From contig NC_047065.1 of NCBI RefSeq assembly GCF_902459465.1, forward strand, positions 5,084,001-5,148,000: DNA of 64,000 bases, in the 5' to 3' direction. This DNA is from Asterias rubens. Taxonomy: Eukaryota. Below the pieces are notes generated by a model. It searched no databases, was not told the DNA's origin, and saw nothing but the letters and a program-made list of their open reading frames with translations. Positions 12,713-24,278 of the stretch are shown here, one piece after another. The position numbers were made by a program, and so were the translations under genes. Each line of letters starts with the position of its first letter. Positions within the stretch are counted from its first letter, which is position 1.

Positions 12713-14269
12713 TTTGAATGACCGAGCTTTTTGTTTTATGAGTAAACAAAATTATCTTTACATTTTCTTTCATTATCTTAATCCGGATAAACGGGGAGGT
12801 CGGGAGCGAACCATTTTGAAGATTGGATGTCCCTTGCACACTGACGTCACATCCATGCGGCCTGTGTATGTCAGAAATGTTCACTGTCCATTACGATACA
12901 AACAGGGGTACCGGCCTGACAAACTAGGTGGTTTTATTGGATGAGACCGAAGTGACGTATTTCCAACATCTATGCTATGAATGGTTAGAAGTCTTCATTG
13001 AAGCTCTCGTGCATAGTTTGCGATGTGTATGTTGGCGGAAACTGGCCAACTCATTTGGCTAATTTCTTAATACAGTTATTGCCGTGCAAGCCCAAGGGGT
13101 TCGTTTTGGCAGTCGTAGCCAAGACATGTTTTTATTTCATCTAAGCAGTGTCCAATCCAAAACATATTGGTTACGATCGCCACTAACGCACCCAGCGGTT
13201 CAACCACTTGATGAAGGCCGGTCTCTGGCGTTACTCACGAGCCCCAAAGAGTTACGTCAGACTGCGGTGTTCTATCATCCTGGCCCCAGTTTCTCTAACA
13301 GAAAATACTTTTGCCAAGCCAAGCAAAAGGTGGTTGGGGCATCTGGGGCATCTGTCGTAATAAATCGCACGCATATCGCCATTAAGCGCAAAAGTGCCCA
13401 CACCAGTGACATAACGAAAATCTAATTTTTGAAAACGGAAAAACCAAGATCGTACTTTCAGTGATGACGTCATGAGAATCTGTCTCTTAAATATTATTAT
13501 AGGATGGATACAATAATGATAGAATACATAAAAAGTTCTTGTTAGAAGGATTTCCTGCAACAAAAGGATATGAACCCAATTTCAAGCCACTATAGCATAG
13601 TACGCAAGCAATAACTCCACAATCTCATATTATGACACCAAAATGGCGGAAAGATAGACAAAACTGGTCAAAGCTTTTTGTGGCATGAAATATCTTGTGT
13701 TCAGCTTATTTTCGGGTCATAAACATACATGAAAATGTTCCCAGTAAAAAAAAAGTAAATAGTGAACTGAGCTAACGAACTAGAAAGAACTGATGTTCAA
13801 AGGGGCCGAACGGTGGTAGCTGTCTAAAAATAGAATAAAGACAGATGAAGATACTATTGTCCGCGTCCGGATGTTGAAGTTGTCGTATTTTCCCACTCTT
13901 CCTCCCTCCCATCACTGTCCCACCCTTGGGGGCATCTACCACAAAGAAACAATGGAGCACAATGGTTTAAGTCCAAATTATTTACGATGTACAACATAAG
14001 TATCGAACAATCGAAATTACCCCTAGTTTGTGAGGGATGGGATCGATCACCCACATCACAATGGCTGATAATCGACTACCTTATATCGAAATACAATACC
14101 GTGTGTGATGCTTCACCCAAATTAGTGGATGAGCTATGTTGGTCAATATTCAGCAGTGAAGAGAGTTTGTTTCTAAACATGGCAGATCAAGGCTACCAGC
14201 GGATGCTTCGGGGAAAGACCAAGATATGGAGATGAACTTGGAGATACCACTAGGGTGAGTTGACTTCGA

Positions 14270-14636
14270 CGAGAGATGTTTGGTAACTGTAAAATAAAAC
14301 AGTATTCTCACTAGGTGTATTCCAACATATGCATAGCAAAATGTGGAAATTTGGGCTCAATCGGTCATCATCGAATTTGCAAGAGTATCACAATGAAGGC
14401 AAAACACGCTTGTTGCATTACTTTGGTTGCTGTCATCGGATGCATAATAAAACGGCTGCAGAAGTATTTTATTATTTAAAATGAGAAATTACCTCTTTCT
14501 CCAAAACTACGTCACTTAAGAGGGAACCGATTTTCACAACGTCTCAAACTATCAACAGCTCTTCATCGCTCGTAATACCCCGCAAGTAAGTTTTTGAGCT
14601 AACAGTTAATTGACGTAATAACCAATAGTGTCTTAA
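14270..14636. mobile_element. Kolobok-like MITE family 1, diverged copy
   Basis: tttggtaactgt...ttctcactaggtgtattccaacat...taaccaatagtgtc. Internal homology to the family; TIR ends are degraded. Confidence 0.7.
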
Positions 14637-14948
14637 AAGTTGTGTTTAGTAACTTGTAGTTAGGTTTGCCCCGGCGTAAACTGCTCACACTTAAAATAAG
14701 TTCCCGTGTGTTCTTTTTCCAGATCCAGCAAAATGTATACCACTTCGAAAGTCAATGACTGCACAAGTTTGCACAGACGTAAAATGGGTAGCCTGCACCC
14801 GAGTTCGGGCCCATCATTTTTAACACCTACGCTCAAAGTTAACACCAGTTTTCAAATACCATTATGACTCGTCGTTGAAGTTCATTTCTTGGACCAAATG
14901 TTTTTTCTTAAAATCCACGAATGCAACAGCAGTTAAAAAAAACTGGTA

Positions 14949-16517
14949 ATGGTAATATCAAGGCGTAGACGTGGCGTCACTCTGATGGTACTGACGTTCA
15001 CTGTGACCGTCCAACTGTATTTTGTGGTCTCCAGCCTCAATAAAACATCACCAAGTTCACACTCTCTGGGGATTCCTGCTAAGGTCAAGGGTCATTCGTA
15101 CTATACTACCAAATCAAAGGGTCTATTTGACAACCATACGCAATACAGCGAGGGAATTCTGCTCTCTTCACATAAAACCAAACCAGATGACGATCAAATT
15201 TTCAAAAAGGCGGACAGAAAAACTCGTCACGCCACCAAATCTCCTCAGGAGTACATACTCGCACTGAAGGAGAAATACAAGCATGTGCAATATAGATTAT
15301 CTTGCAGATACAACAAGACACAAAATGGACTCTCCAAAGTTTGTTTCGATAGGTTTAAAAACGGGTCAATGGGCATGCTGACTGCGCAAGCTGTGTTTAT
15401 GAGGAGGGAGAACTTCACATCAGACGCGTCCGGGCAAGATAGGGCTGGAGTCAAAAGGGAACATGGTGTTGATAGACAGAGTGTGTTTAACGAGGAAGAC
15501 CCTAAGATACCCGAAGCACCACCCGAACTGAGCAAACCGATATACAACAGAAAACACCGTGTGGAGTCAATTGCCAAGAAACCAGTCTTGAAAGCACGGC
15601 ATTCTCCGAAACCTGGCATCATGAACAACACACGCTGGGTAGCCTTCAGAGATGTCCACAACTACAGATACTTGGTCAACCCTAGCTTCAACATTTGCAC
15701 GACCGGCGGGCGACGCGATAAACGGGTTGATCTGTTGGTGCTCGTCACGTCTCACCCGGACCACTCCGAGAGGCGTGATGTCATCCGGGAGACGTGGGGG
15801 GCTCGCGGGAGCGTCAAACCCACCCTACCGATGCCGGTCGTACGCGTTCTGTTCCTACTCGGCGTGACATCATTGGAGAGCAATGGTGGGCAACAACTCA
15901 GCGAGAGCTTACAGAAGGAGGTTAACGACCACAATGACATCATAGTAGAGGAGTTTCTGGACACCTATCTGAACCTGACCCTCAAGACCGTGATGGGACT
16001 CAAGTGGGCTAGTCGGCACTGCCAAACCGCCCGTTTCGTCATGAAGACCGACGATGACATGATCATAAACATGCCCAGGCTACTGGCGTTCCTGCACAAA
16101 GAGCCCCAGCACGCTTACATCGCCGGCCGCTTGGCAAAGGCCTTCCCGGTCGTGCGAGATCCCTCCGAGAAATTCTACGTCCCGGGCGACATCTACGCGC
16201 CGTCGACCTACCCGGATTATTGCATAGGTCTCGGGTACATCATGTCCTCCGACGTGGTGAATAGACTTTATCTCCAATCTCTCCTGACCAAACTCTTCCC
16301 ATGGGAAGACGTCTTCGTTGGCATCTTACTCAAGCAAATAGGAATTATCCCGCGTGATATTCGCAACTTTTATTATTTTAAAGGAGACGGGATATTTGAA
16401 GGTGATGTTATTGTGAACCAATCTAAGGTGTTTTTCCACCTTCGCTCGTACTACGTGTTGGATGGACTAACACCGAAACAAAGTCGAATATTGTGGAAGC
16501 AGTGGCAGCAATCATAA
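14949..16517 (+). CDS. Beta-1,3-galactosyltransferase (GT31, B3GALT1-like), single coding exon, 522 aa
   Basis: Type II membrane topology (RRRR followed by a hydrophobic segment) and a long basic stem. Motifs DLLVLVTS..RRDVIRETW, VLFLLG, DIIVEEFLDTYLNLTLKT, FVMKTDDD (DxD), YPDYCIGLGY, EDVFVG. Confidence 0.93.
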   Translation: MVISRRRRGVTLMVLTFTVTVQLYFVVSSLNKTSPSSHSLGIPAKVKGHSYYTTKSKGLFDNHTQYSEGILLSSHKTKPDDDQIFKKADRKTRHATKSPQEYILALKEKYKHVQYRLSCRYNKTQNGLSKVCFDRFKNGSMGMLTAQAVFMRRENFTSDASGQDRAGVKREHGVDRQSVFNEEDPKIPEAPPELSKPIYNRKHRVESIAKKPVLKARHSPKPGIMNNTRWVAFRDVHNYRYLVNPSFNICTTGGRRDKRVDLLVLVTSHPDHSERRDVIRETWGARGSVKPTLPMPVVRVLFLLGVTSLESNGGQQLSESLQKEVNDHNDIIVEEFLDTYLNLTLKTVMGLKWASRHCQTARFVMKTDDDMIINMPRLLAFLHKEPQHAYIAGRLAKAFPVVRDPSEKFYVPGDIYAPSTYPDYCIGLGYIMSSDVVNRLYLQSLLTKLFPWEDVFVGILLKQIGIIPRDIRNFYYFKGDGIFEGDVIVNQSKVFFHLRSYYVLDGLTPKQSRILWKQWQQS

Positions 16518-16929
16518 AACAATAAACATTTTATGAGGTTCTTTATTTTTTATCCAACAAAAAAAAACATGTAGAATACTGTTAGTAGCGTATTGCTGCC
16601 ACATAAATAACAAAATCTCTTATCGTGTACGTACACGGCTAGTTTGGAATTATTATGTTCGTACATAATAAGTTATTATGTACATACACAATACGATAGA
16701 GATTTGTATTCATGTGGCGGCAATACGCGTCCGTAAGAATGGACACGTTCTAAAAGCCAACGGGAACACATTTCGGGGAGGCTGGTCAATTTCTGGGTCA
16801 GGTTGTCCCGGAAACTTGTTTTAAATAAAATGTTGAGGATTTTTCTAGGGTGTAATTGTGTAAAACAAAAGTCACAATATTAAAGTCTGAAATTCGCGAG
16901 AATGTTGTCCGAATGTTTTTAATGAAATC

Positions 16930-17077
16930 AATAGGAGACTTTCCAACGCTAGGTGGCAGCAGACATACCGGGTAAATTTCCATTGTTTACGTAGTTCTGA
17001 ACATGCGCATAATTCTGAGAACAATGGATTTACCCGGTAAGTCTGCTGCCCTCTATCGTCCCTGAAAGGATCCCATT
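16930..17077. repeat. Palindromic MITE-like element
   Basis: Arm gcagcagacataccgggtaaatttccattgtt is inverted against aacaatggatttacccggtaagtctgctgc. Confidence 0.65.
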
Positions 17078-17438
17078 GACAAATCGAAATGAACACATAC
17101 TATTAAGTTTCAACAAACTCTGAGCATGTGTGTCTTTTTGTATAATACATTTATTAATTCTCTCACAAATAATCTACACTTCACAAAACTGAATGAAACT
17201 ATAATTGACACCATACAGATAACATTTTAAGAATAACCAAATAAATGGACAATCTTGAATGTCGTTTCATTACCATTTAAGGGGAACTACTCAAAATAAG
17301 TTATGACATTTTAGCTTAGCAAAAACTAAATTTGTGACTCTCAACTATGAAGTGGGATTTAACACAACAGCAAACAAGCTACGGAGCTCTGTCAGTGCCA
17401 TTCATCTTTTGAGATTCTGAGATAATTTATTACAGGCA

Positions 17439-17677
17439 GGGCCCAATTTCAAAGAGCTGCGGAAGCACAAAAATTTGCTTAGCATGATTTTTCTGCCTCG
17501 ATAAAAACAGGATTACCAACTAAATTTCCACATGATTTTCAGGATGAGCAAACAGCAGCTGAATTCCAACAAGCAATATGCATCAATTGGAAATTTGGTT
17601 GGTGATCCTGTTTTAACCAAGGAAGAAATTTCATGATAAGCAATTTTTGTGCTTAGCAGCTCTATGAAATTGGGCCC
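17439..17677. mobile_element. GGGCCCAATTTC-TIR MITE, full copy
   Basis: gggcccaatttcaaagagctg ... cagctctatgaaattgggccc. Confidence 0.8.
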
Positions 17678-18158
17678 TGATGCCATCATATGTTAAGATG
17701 ATGCCATCATGAGGTGATTAAATCTCGGGATGACGACTTCTTGAAAGAAGGTCGTCTTTCAGATACAGTTTATCTCCGGATGACAACATCCTGATGATGG
17801 GATGATGTCTTCCCAAGATAATTTATCTCGGGTTCTCGAGAAAAACAAATAAGGATGTTAGTATCACAAGATGAATCATCTCGGGAAGTCGGCATCCTCG
17901 TTCAGGAGGTCATCATTCTGAATAAATTTTTCTCTGAAATTAAGTCCACATGTAACTAAACTTTCATGATGTCGACATCTAAAGATGATAAATATTGGGA
18001 AGACATCTTACTCCGAGATTAGTTATTTTAGAATGTTGACAACTTCTATTAATGTCACCACCCAGCAGTTAATTACATCATGATCTCAGCATGTCGGATA
18101 ATACGTCCAGAGGTACATACAACATAGCTTAACTACACTTGTATTTATGTTCTCTTAA

Positions 18159-18359
18159 AGGGACACGTTGCCTTGGATCGGTTGAGTTGGTCCATAAGAA
18201 GCGTTTGAAACCGTTTGACATAAAATCAATATGGTTAGGAAGGTGTTTTAAAAGTAGAATATAATGATCCACACAAACATGCCCTGAAACTGCTTGGTTT
18301 TCCTTTTTCTGTGCGCACTAACACGGTGGAAAATTTTATGGAGTCAAAAACGTGTCCTT
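18159..18359. mobile_element. Kolobok-like MITE family 2, internally deleted
   Basis: ttaa|agggacacgttgccttggatcgg ... aaacgtgtcctt|ttaa. Homologous to 21727-22091. Confidence 0.75.
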
Positions 18360-18934
18360 TTAAAGTTTTGCTGTTGCTATAGCTTGGCGTTTACATCCCC
18401 TTGTGTGAGTTTGCCAAGTTCCCTTGCCAGGAAGATCATCTGTGTAAGTGGCCGACAATGGAGAATGGTTACATATGTACTTCGGCACTCACCAAAACAA
18501 ACTTCCAAACCAATGTTTAAATGTTAAAACTCTTGCATAGATTCAATATTTACATTAACTATATGACACAAAGGTAAAGTAACGGAAAAAAAGATATGTT
18601 TTAAAAGAGACAATATTTCAACAAGATTTAAAGCGATCATCAATGCAGTAAAAGAGTTTAAAACAAAGGCGTTTGAATAAATAAGCCTACATGTAGCACA
18701 CTCTAAAGAAACAAATCGTCGTGAAATATATTGATTTGTATCATGATTTTCATAAATTTCAAGTGTTTCAGAACCTTTAATATATGGAATATGTTGAGAA
18801 ATTGTAAGGTCAGTGCAGTTGTGTAGTTATTATGTTTGTTTTGTTGTAATTATAGATATGGCCCCGATGCCCCAAAATGGGCTTTTCATGGGTTTTTCAT
18901 AATGGCCTTTACCAATGGCTTTGATTCTCTCACA

Positions 18935-19262
18935 ATAAGCCTTTTTGAGATATGGCGGACACAATGCTACAACACTATAAGGTTTTGGGTAAATTTGTGT
19001 GTACATTGTATACACCCAAACCAAACAGTACACTCCTATCATGTCCGCCATACCTCATGGCGGACACAATGCTACAACACTATAAGGTTTTGGGTAAATT
19101 TGTGTGTATACACCCAAACCAAACAGTACACTCCTATCACGTCCGCCATACCTCATGGCGGACACAATGCTACAACACTATAAGGTTTTGGGTAAATTTG
19201 TGTGTATACACCCAAACCAAACGGTACACTCCTATCACGTCCGCCATACCTCAAGGAGGCTT
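18935..19262. repeat. TIR-bounded element containing 3 tandem ~98-105 bp hairpin units
   Basis: Units start atggcggac at 18952, 19057 and 19155 and each ends gtccgccatacctc. The outer ends are taagcctttttgagatatggcggac and gtccgccatacctcaaggaggctta. A partial reverse copy lies at ~62745-62820. Confidence 0.9.
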
Positions 19263-20305
19263 ACGCAGTTCTGTAAAGTCTGCAAAAGAGAGCACCACTG
19301 ACCCAGTGAGAGTTTTTATGAAAAGATAACTTCACTTGTGTTCCCTAACCATAGTGCCCTCTAAGACGCCCCATATCTTCTTTATCAAACAATTTATACA
19401 AGAAACAAATTTCCCCTGATTTCTCAAACCAAAAGTACAGAATAAAAGGCTCTTACTAGCTGATAATATCAACTAATAAATATGTCTTTATCTGTAGTTT
19501 CATAAATGCACTGCACTCAAAAAACATTTCCTAGTGTAACCCTAAATAAAATTCTACAAATAACTTATCTTCTGCAAAATAGAAAAAATAACACTAAACT
19601 GTATCATGGAAATATCTCAGAGAAATAAACAAAAAATTAAACCAATTTTACAATAAATTAATTCAATGAAGCTTTATCGGTTTTTCAGAGCAGCAATTTA
19701 AAAGTGTTTAATTACATGTATACTTGATATTTTTGAAAGAAATCCAATATTCTTATTACAGGATAAATTCCAATAACACATGTTTTTAAAGTCAAAAACA
19801 ATGTCTCCATTCCTCAATTATATGAGATTGGTATGAAATGAACTATGGGTGTTGCCCACACGTTGTTACTAGTTACTTACATGTGCAATGGACAGGACTG
19901 AAATGCAGTGACTGTGGACATGGGGTGCAGAGTAAAAAAGTAGCTACAAATTTGGACAAGTCTTGAATTCATTATTTTTCTGCCATCAATTCCTTCATAC
20001 ATTCTGCTTGCCAGTACACTGAGTATGTTTCTTTGTGCCTGTGGGAGAAAGGAAAAAAAGAATTGTCAATAAACGAAGGCTGAAAATTTCCCCATAATCA
20101 ATTATAAAATCACTAGAGAATTAAACATCTGAATTAGATGTAAAATCCTCTAAATGTATGCAAGAATGGGTTCACCTAATGACGGTAATGCAAAAGGACA
20201 AAGGATGGAAAGCAGTGGAAAGTTTAAGATAGATCTATGCATAGGACGGGTAAGAATAGAAATCAGTACGAGTACTGAGCACAAATACTACAACACTTCT
20301 TCTAA

Positions 20306-20673
20306 AGGCACTGAACACGGTCACGTTTGGTAATTGTCAAAGACCAGTATTTCCACTTGATGTATCCCAAAATACCTAAAAAATAAATCTGTGAAAATTT
20401 GGACTTGATTGGTCATCAAGGTTGCAAGAGAACATAAGTCACCCTTGTGGCAGCCACTTGTGTGCTTTCAGATGCATAATTAAAGGCTTCAGGCCTGAAG
20501 TCTTTAATATTTCTGTGAGAAATAACCTCTTTCTCAAAGACTACGTTACTTTCAAAGGAAGCCCTTTCTCACAATGTTTATACTATCGACAGCTCCCCAT
20601 GGCATTGTTCGATACCAAGTAAGTTTTTATGCTAACAATTATTTTGAGTGATTACCAATAGTGTCTAGTACCT
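20306..20673. mobile_element. Kolobok-like MITE family 1
   Basis: aggcactgaacac...tttggtaattgtcaaagaccag ... attaccaatagtgtctagtacct|ttaa. Confidence 0.8.
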
Positions 20674-20677
20674 TTAA

Positions 20678-21036
20678 AGCCATTGGACACTTTCTGAACA
20701 GAACAAAAATTAAATGTTCAAAGATTTACAAATAACTTACAGGGTTTACAGAAGGTAATGGTGAAAGACTTCCCTTGAAATATATTCCATGATATGCTTT
20801 ACTTTTTCATTAAAACAGTTATCAATTCTCGATATCGAGAATAGCGGATTTATCTTAAACACATGTCATGACACGGCATCACGTGCGGAAACAAGGGTGG
20901 GTTTTCCCGTTATTTTCTCCCGTCTAAGATGACCGATTGAGCCTAAATTTCACATGTTTGTTATTTTATATATAAGTTGTGATACAAGAAGTGTGGGCCT
21001 TTGGACAATACTATTTATCGATGTTGTGCGATTGCT
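20678..21036. mobile_element. Kolobok-like MITE family 3, sharing its left TTAA with the previous element
   Basis: ttaa|agccattggacactttctgaacag ... atgttgtgcgattgct|ttaa. A reverse partial copy ends at 28732. Confidence 0.7.
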
Positions 21037-21117
21037 TTAACATGAGAGCACTCGTATAACATCAAATTGTTTTGAAGAATACAAACCTTACTGAGTTGAA
21101 AGAGGGTGGGGATGAAT

Positions 21118-23670
21118 TTATTTTTCTAGCTGACTACTATCTTGGGCTTCATCTACTCCTGCTTGCATCATCAGTTCAGCGATGTTCTTCTCCAGATCGT
21201 CAATACGCGTACCCATATCATCAAGTAATGCTTGGGTTAAGGAAATAATCAACCCAAAGCATGGAGTGCGTTTTTGGCGACCCCAACCAGTCGCGTGTTC
21301 AGCTAAGCGCGGTGACGATGCTGTTCAGACCAACCGGTAACCGACTTGTTGAGTCGGTTGGGCTTTGGTTGGGGTTGCCAAAACGCACTCCTGTAAAGCA
21401 CATAAACCTGCTTAGCCATTGAAATCTTGATTAGCAAAAGTGGGTTACCAGCCAACATTACATTGCTACAACTGGTGCCCCATTCATTTGTTTGCTTAGC
21501 AAAGAAATTTGTGCAGGAACGGAACAAGCACTGGAGTCTTGTGGATTTCCCCCTCAAATTCGAATCCTGGGAGTCAAGGAGGCAATTGCCTATGTTGCCC
21601 TAGTCTTGGCATTGGTGCTCATCACAATTTTCCAATCAAAAGACTTAAGCAGTTTTTCTGCTTCACAGAGCAAGCACTCTTTTTTTATAGGTTTCCCCAG
21701 ACAGCCTTGTAAACTACAGTGATTAAAGGAACACGTTCGAGTTGGTCTTTGAAAAGCCATCAGTAACCATTTGTTATAAAATGCATGTAGAAAGATGTTT
21801 TAAAAATAGAATACAATGATCTACACAAGTATGCCTTGAAATTGCATGGTTTTCTTTTTACCTCGTGGACTAACACAGTCGGCCAATTCATTTTTTTTAC
21901 TCCCATAAATGACCGACCGTGTTAGTTCGCAACATAAAAGGAAAACTGTGCAATTTTGAGTGATACTTTTGTGGATCATTATTTTCTACTTTTAAAACAT
22001 CTTTCTAACCATATGCCATATGCATTTCATAAAAAACGGTTGCAAACGCTCTTTACAGACCAACTCGTCCGATCCAAGGCAACGTGTTCCTTTAAGTTTA
22101 CTTATGTTTTGGGGCATCCTTGGTTTCATTACCGAGATTAAAAAAATAATAATTTATAAAGAAATGCTGTTCCATAATTGGTTTGAAAGGATATTTCTGC
22201 CAATAATTCTATCTGACATGTTCTGGAAGTTGTCCTGCATCGTCTGTAGTAATTGTTGCACCTGTTGGAAAAAATATTCAATAACTTATTTAAACTGATA
22301 CCTTGTTTTGAGTTCTGAGTAATGTATCATGCCTGGCACATAGCCCCATCTTTGTTTAATCCGCGTAAAGCATGGACCTCTCTTTATTCTCCCATCTTAG
22401 TTTGGACTTAGAGACACCATAGGTTTTGAAATTAAACTGGAAATTGAAGTTTAGCATTTTCCAAAATTCAGATCTATTGAACCACAGCTGTTATGATTTG
22501 AATCTTTCAATTGTCTGCGAAAGTTTGTTGTGTGAAAAGTTCTTCGTTATGGACTTGATTTGGCTTGGCTGCAAGCCCAAAATGGAAGATCAGTACATGT
22601 GTGGGCTCGTTTTACTGAACTGAAGAGTTTAGTCATGACAAACTTGACCTAGGGAGGGTTCTCCCCTATCTTAAGGTCGATACACGCAGATTGTGGGATG
22701 AATGCTGATATTGTGAATAAGGGCGGATACCGCAAAACAATAAACAATAAATCAACCAATCTCGTTTTTATATTTGTTTCAGCCCTGATACTTCACGACG
22801 GCAATTGCAGTCGTTGCCCCCTTCCCATTGCCGCAATGCCCTTCAAAAACCCAATTTTTCATGGCAATGATTGCGGTGCCCTTTTCTTATCATTGCCGCC
22901 GTGCCCTTCCTTCCGAAAACAAATTATATTCAACGTTGTCAAAGTTCGAAAATAAGCCAAAAAGTCCCGATGTCTGTGCAAATTCCACGCAACGAAATAG
23001 ACCCCAATTTTACTTTACTTTTAGTTTATTTTAGTATTAGGCCTACTGTTTATTTTTGTTTTTTTTGGGGGGGGGGTTGTTTGATGAAACCAGGGACAGT
23101 GTCCACTGACTGTTTCATTTGTTATGAAATAAATTACAACAAATAATTATTATATTTTGATCTCCTTTTTTTTTATCAACACGAGTGAAAAACTAGGTGG
23201 CAGGCTCTGGAAATCTTTCCAAACCAAGTGAGCTAAGTTAAAGCAGAATTTTGTTTTTCATTTACTCAGCAGTCATTGAGCCATTCAACCACTCATCTCA
23301 GTCATTGTCATGCCATCATGGCCATTGTCAGTCAGTGCGTAACTTCGTCTTCACACTTTAGTAGTCACAAAGTGAGTTTCAAAGTCAGTTGATTAAGGAT
23401 ACCAAAAAGTCAAAATAAGCTAGCCAGCTGGACCAATTGAAAATTATTCTGGCTGACCCTCTGGTATTTTAACCAGCGTTTCCCTATTATTTATTAAAGT
23501 TAAACGCATAAACAAACAAAATTCACGAAATTGGTGCAGCGCAGTTCAGCATGCACAAAATTTGAAAACTTTGATAAAACGAAATTGCTAAAACTTACAA
23601 ACTGTGTTAAATCTTGGACATTCTTGGGATCTTGCTGTCCGGTTCCCACTTCACCCTTCATGTCTGTCAT
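21118..23670 (-). CDS. HSBP1: Heat shock factor binding protein 1, 3 coding exons, 81 aa
   Basis: Exons 23670-23599 (MTDMKGEVGTGQQDPKNVQDLTQF), 22261-22195 (VQQLLQTMQDNFQNMSDRIIGR) and 21224-21118 (IDDMGTRIDDLEKNIAELMMQAGVDEAQDSSQLEK*). This matches the HSBP1 pattern DPKxVQDLT..VQ.LLQ.MQD.FQ.MSD.IIGRIDDM..RIDDLEKNIA.LM.QAGV. Intron 1 is GT-AG and intron 2 is AT-AC. The gene is not in the ORF track. Confidence 0.95.
21225..22194 (-). other. U12-type (minor spliceosome) AT-AC intron, 970 bp
   Basis: 5' splice site ATATCCTTT (22194-22186), branch point TTCCTTAAC (21244-21236), and 3' AC at 21226-21225. Splicing restores the codon A|TT (Ile) in IIGRIDDM. Confidence 0.95.
21727..22091. mobile_element. 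Kolobok-like MITE family 2 inside the U12 intron
   Basis: ttaa|aggaacacgtt ... gatccaaggcaacgtgttcct|ttaa. Confidence 0.8.
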
Positions 23671-23773
23671 TATTACGAGTCGCCGCTTTCTTCAACAAAA
23701 CAAGACTTTTGGAATGCCAAATTTCCTGCACAACGAACCTAACGCCAAGTTAACATCAAATGATAACATTTTA

Positions 23774-23783
23774 CGCATGCGCG
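23774..23783. promoter_or_regulatory. NRF1-like motif in the CpG-rich HSBP1 promoter
   Basis: cgcatgcgcg, ~100 bp upstream of the HSBP1 ATG. This is a motif match only. Confidence 0.4.
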
Positions 23784-24113
23784 AACACACATCGCCGTGC
23801 GTTGAGGGCGCTGCTCAACTGTAGCTTTTGTAAGCTCTTTTCGAAACCATGGTTTGGGCTTGGGGCTTGGCTACATTATTAGTGCACTTTTCTAACTAAC
23901 GGAGCCAATGCTAAAACCCTTAGTTTCGAGAAGGGCTTACACAGTTGGCGTGTGTTTAGCGTTGTCTCCTCAGCAGTTTGTGACCGAGAGCTCAGTGCTG
24001 CCATAAGCAAAAACTCCTGGTCGTAGCCAGACAAAACATGTCGTAACATGTTCAGGGGTGCCAAATAATGATAATACCGTACAATAAAATAAACATTTGT
24101 TTGATAAGATTAG

Positions 24114-24278
24114 TTACGTAGGATTTGAAACTTTGCAAGGTGGAAATACGATATAGAAAGGTTTGCGGTAACACCATGTAAATGACTATCTTTAATGAGT
24201 TGGGGTGGTTTGAAAAGAACCGTTGGTTTCAACTCGACGTTTCGATCAGTATGCTCTGATCGTCTTCTGCAGAAAGCA
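24114..24278 (-). mobile_element. Hammerhead-motif element (copy B, most complete body; retrozyme/Penelope-type)
   Basis: Minus strand: ctgCAGAAGA-c-GATCAG-agcata-CTGATC-GAAAC-GTC-gag (24272-24233), then a ~120-nt body ending ccaccttgcaaagtttcaaatcctac. Stem II is perfect; the core reads CAGAAGA instead of CUGANGA. Confidence 0.7.

Noticed and set aside
17439-17677. Firm Harbinger assignment with a 3-bp TSD for the GGGCCCAATTTC family
   Set aside because: Flanks are CAG...CTG or CTG...CAG (inverted, not direct repeats), so the TSD and superfamily remain unresolved.
18836-19329. Repetitive ORFs (MADTMLQHYKVLGKFVC...) that could suggest a repeat protein or CRISPR-like array
   Set aside because: The ~98-105 bp units shift frame, there are no unique spacers, and the context is eukaryotic with TIR-bounded structure.
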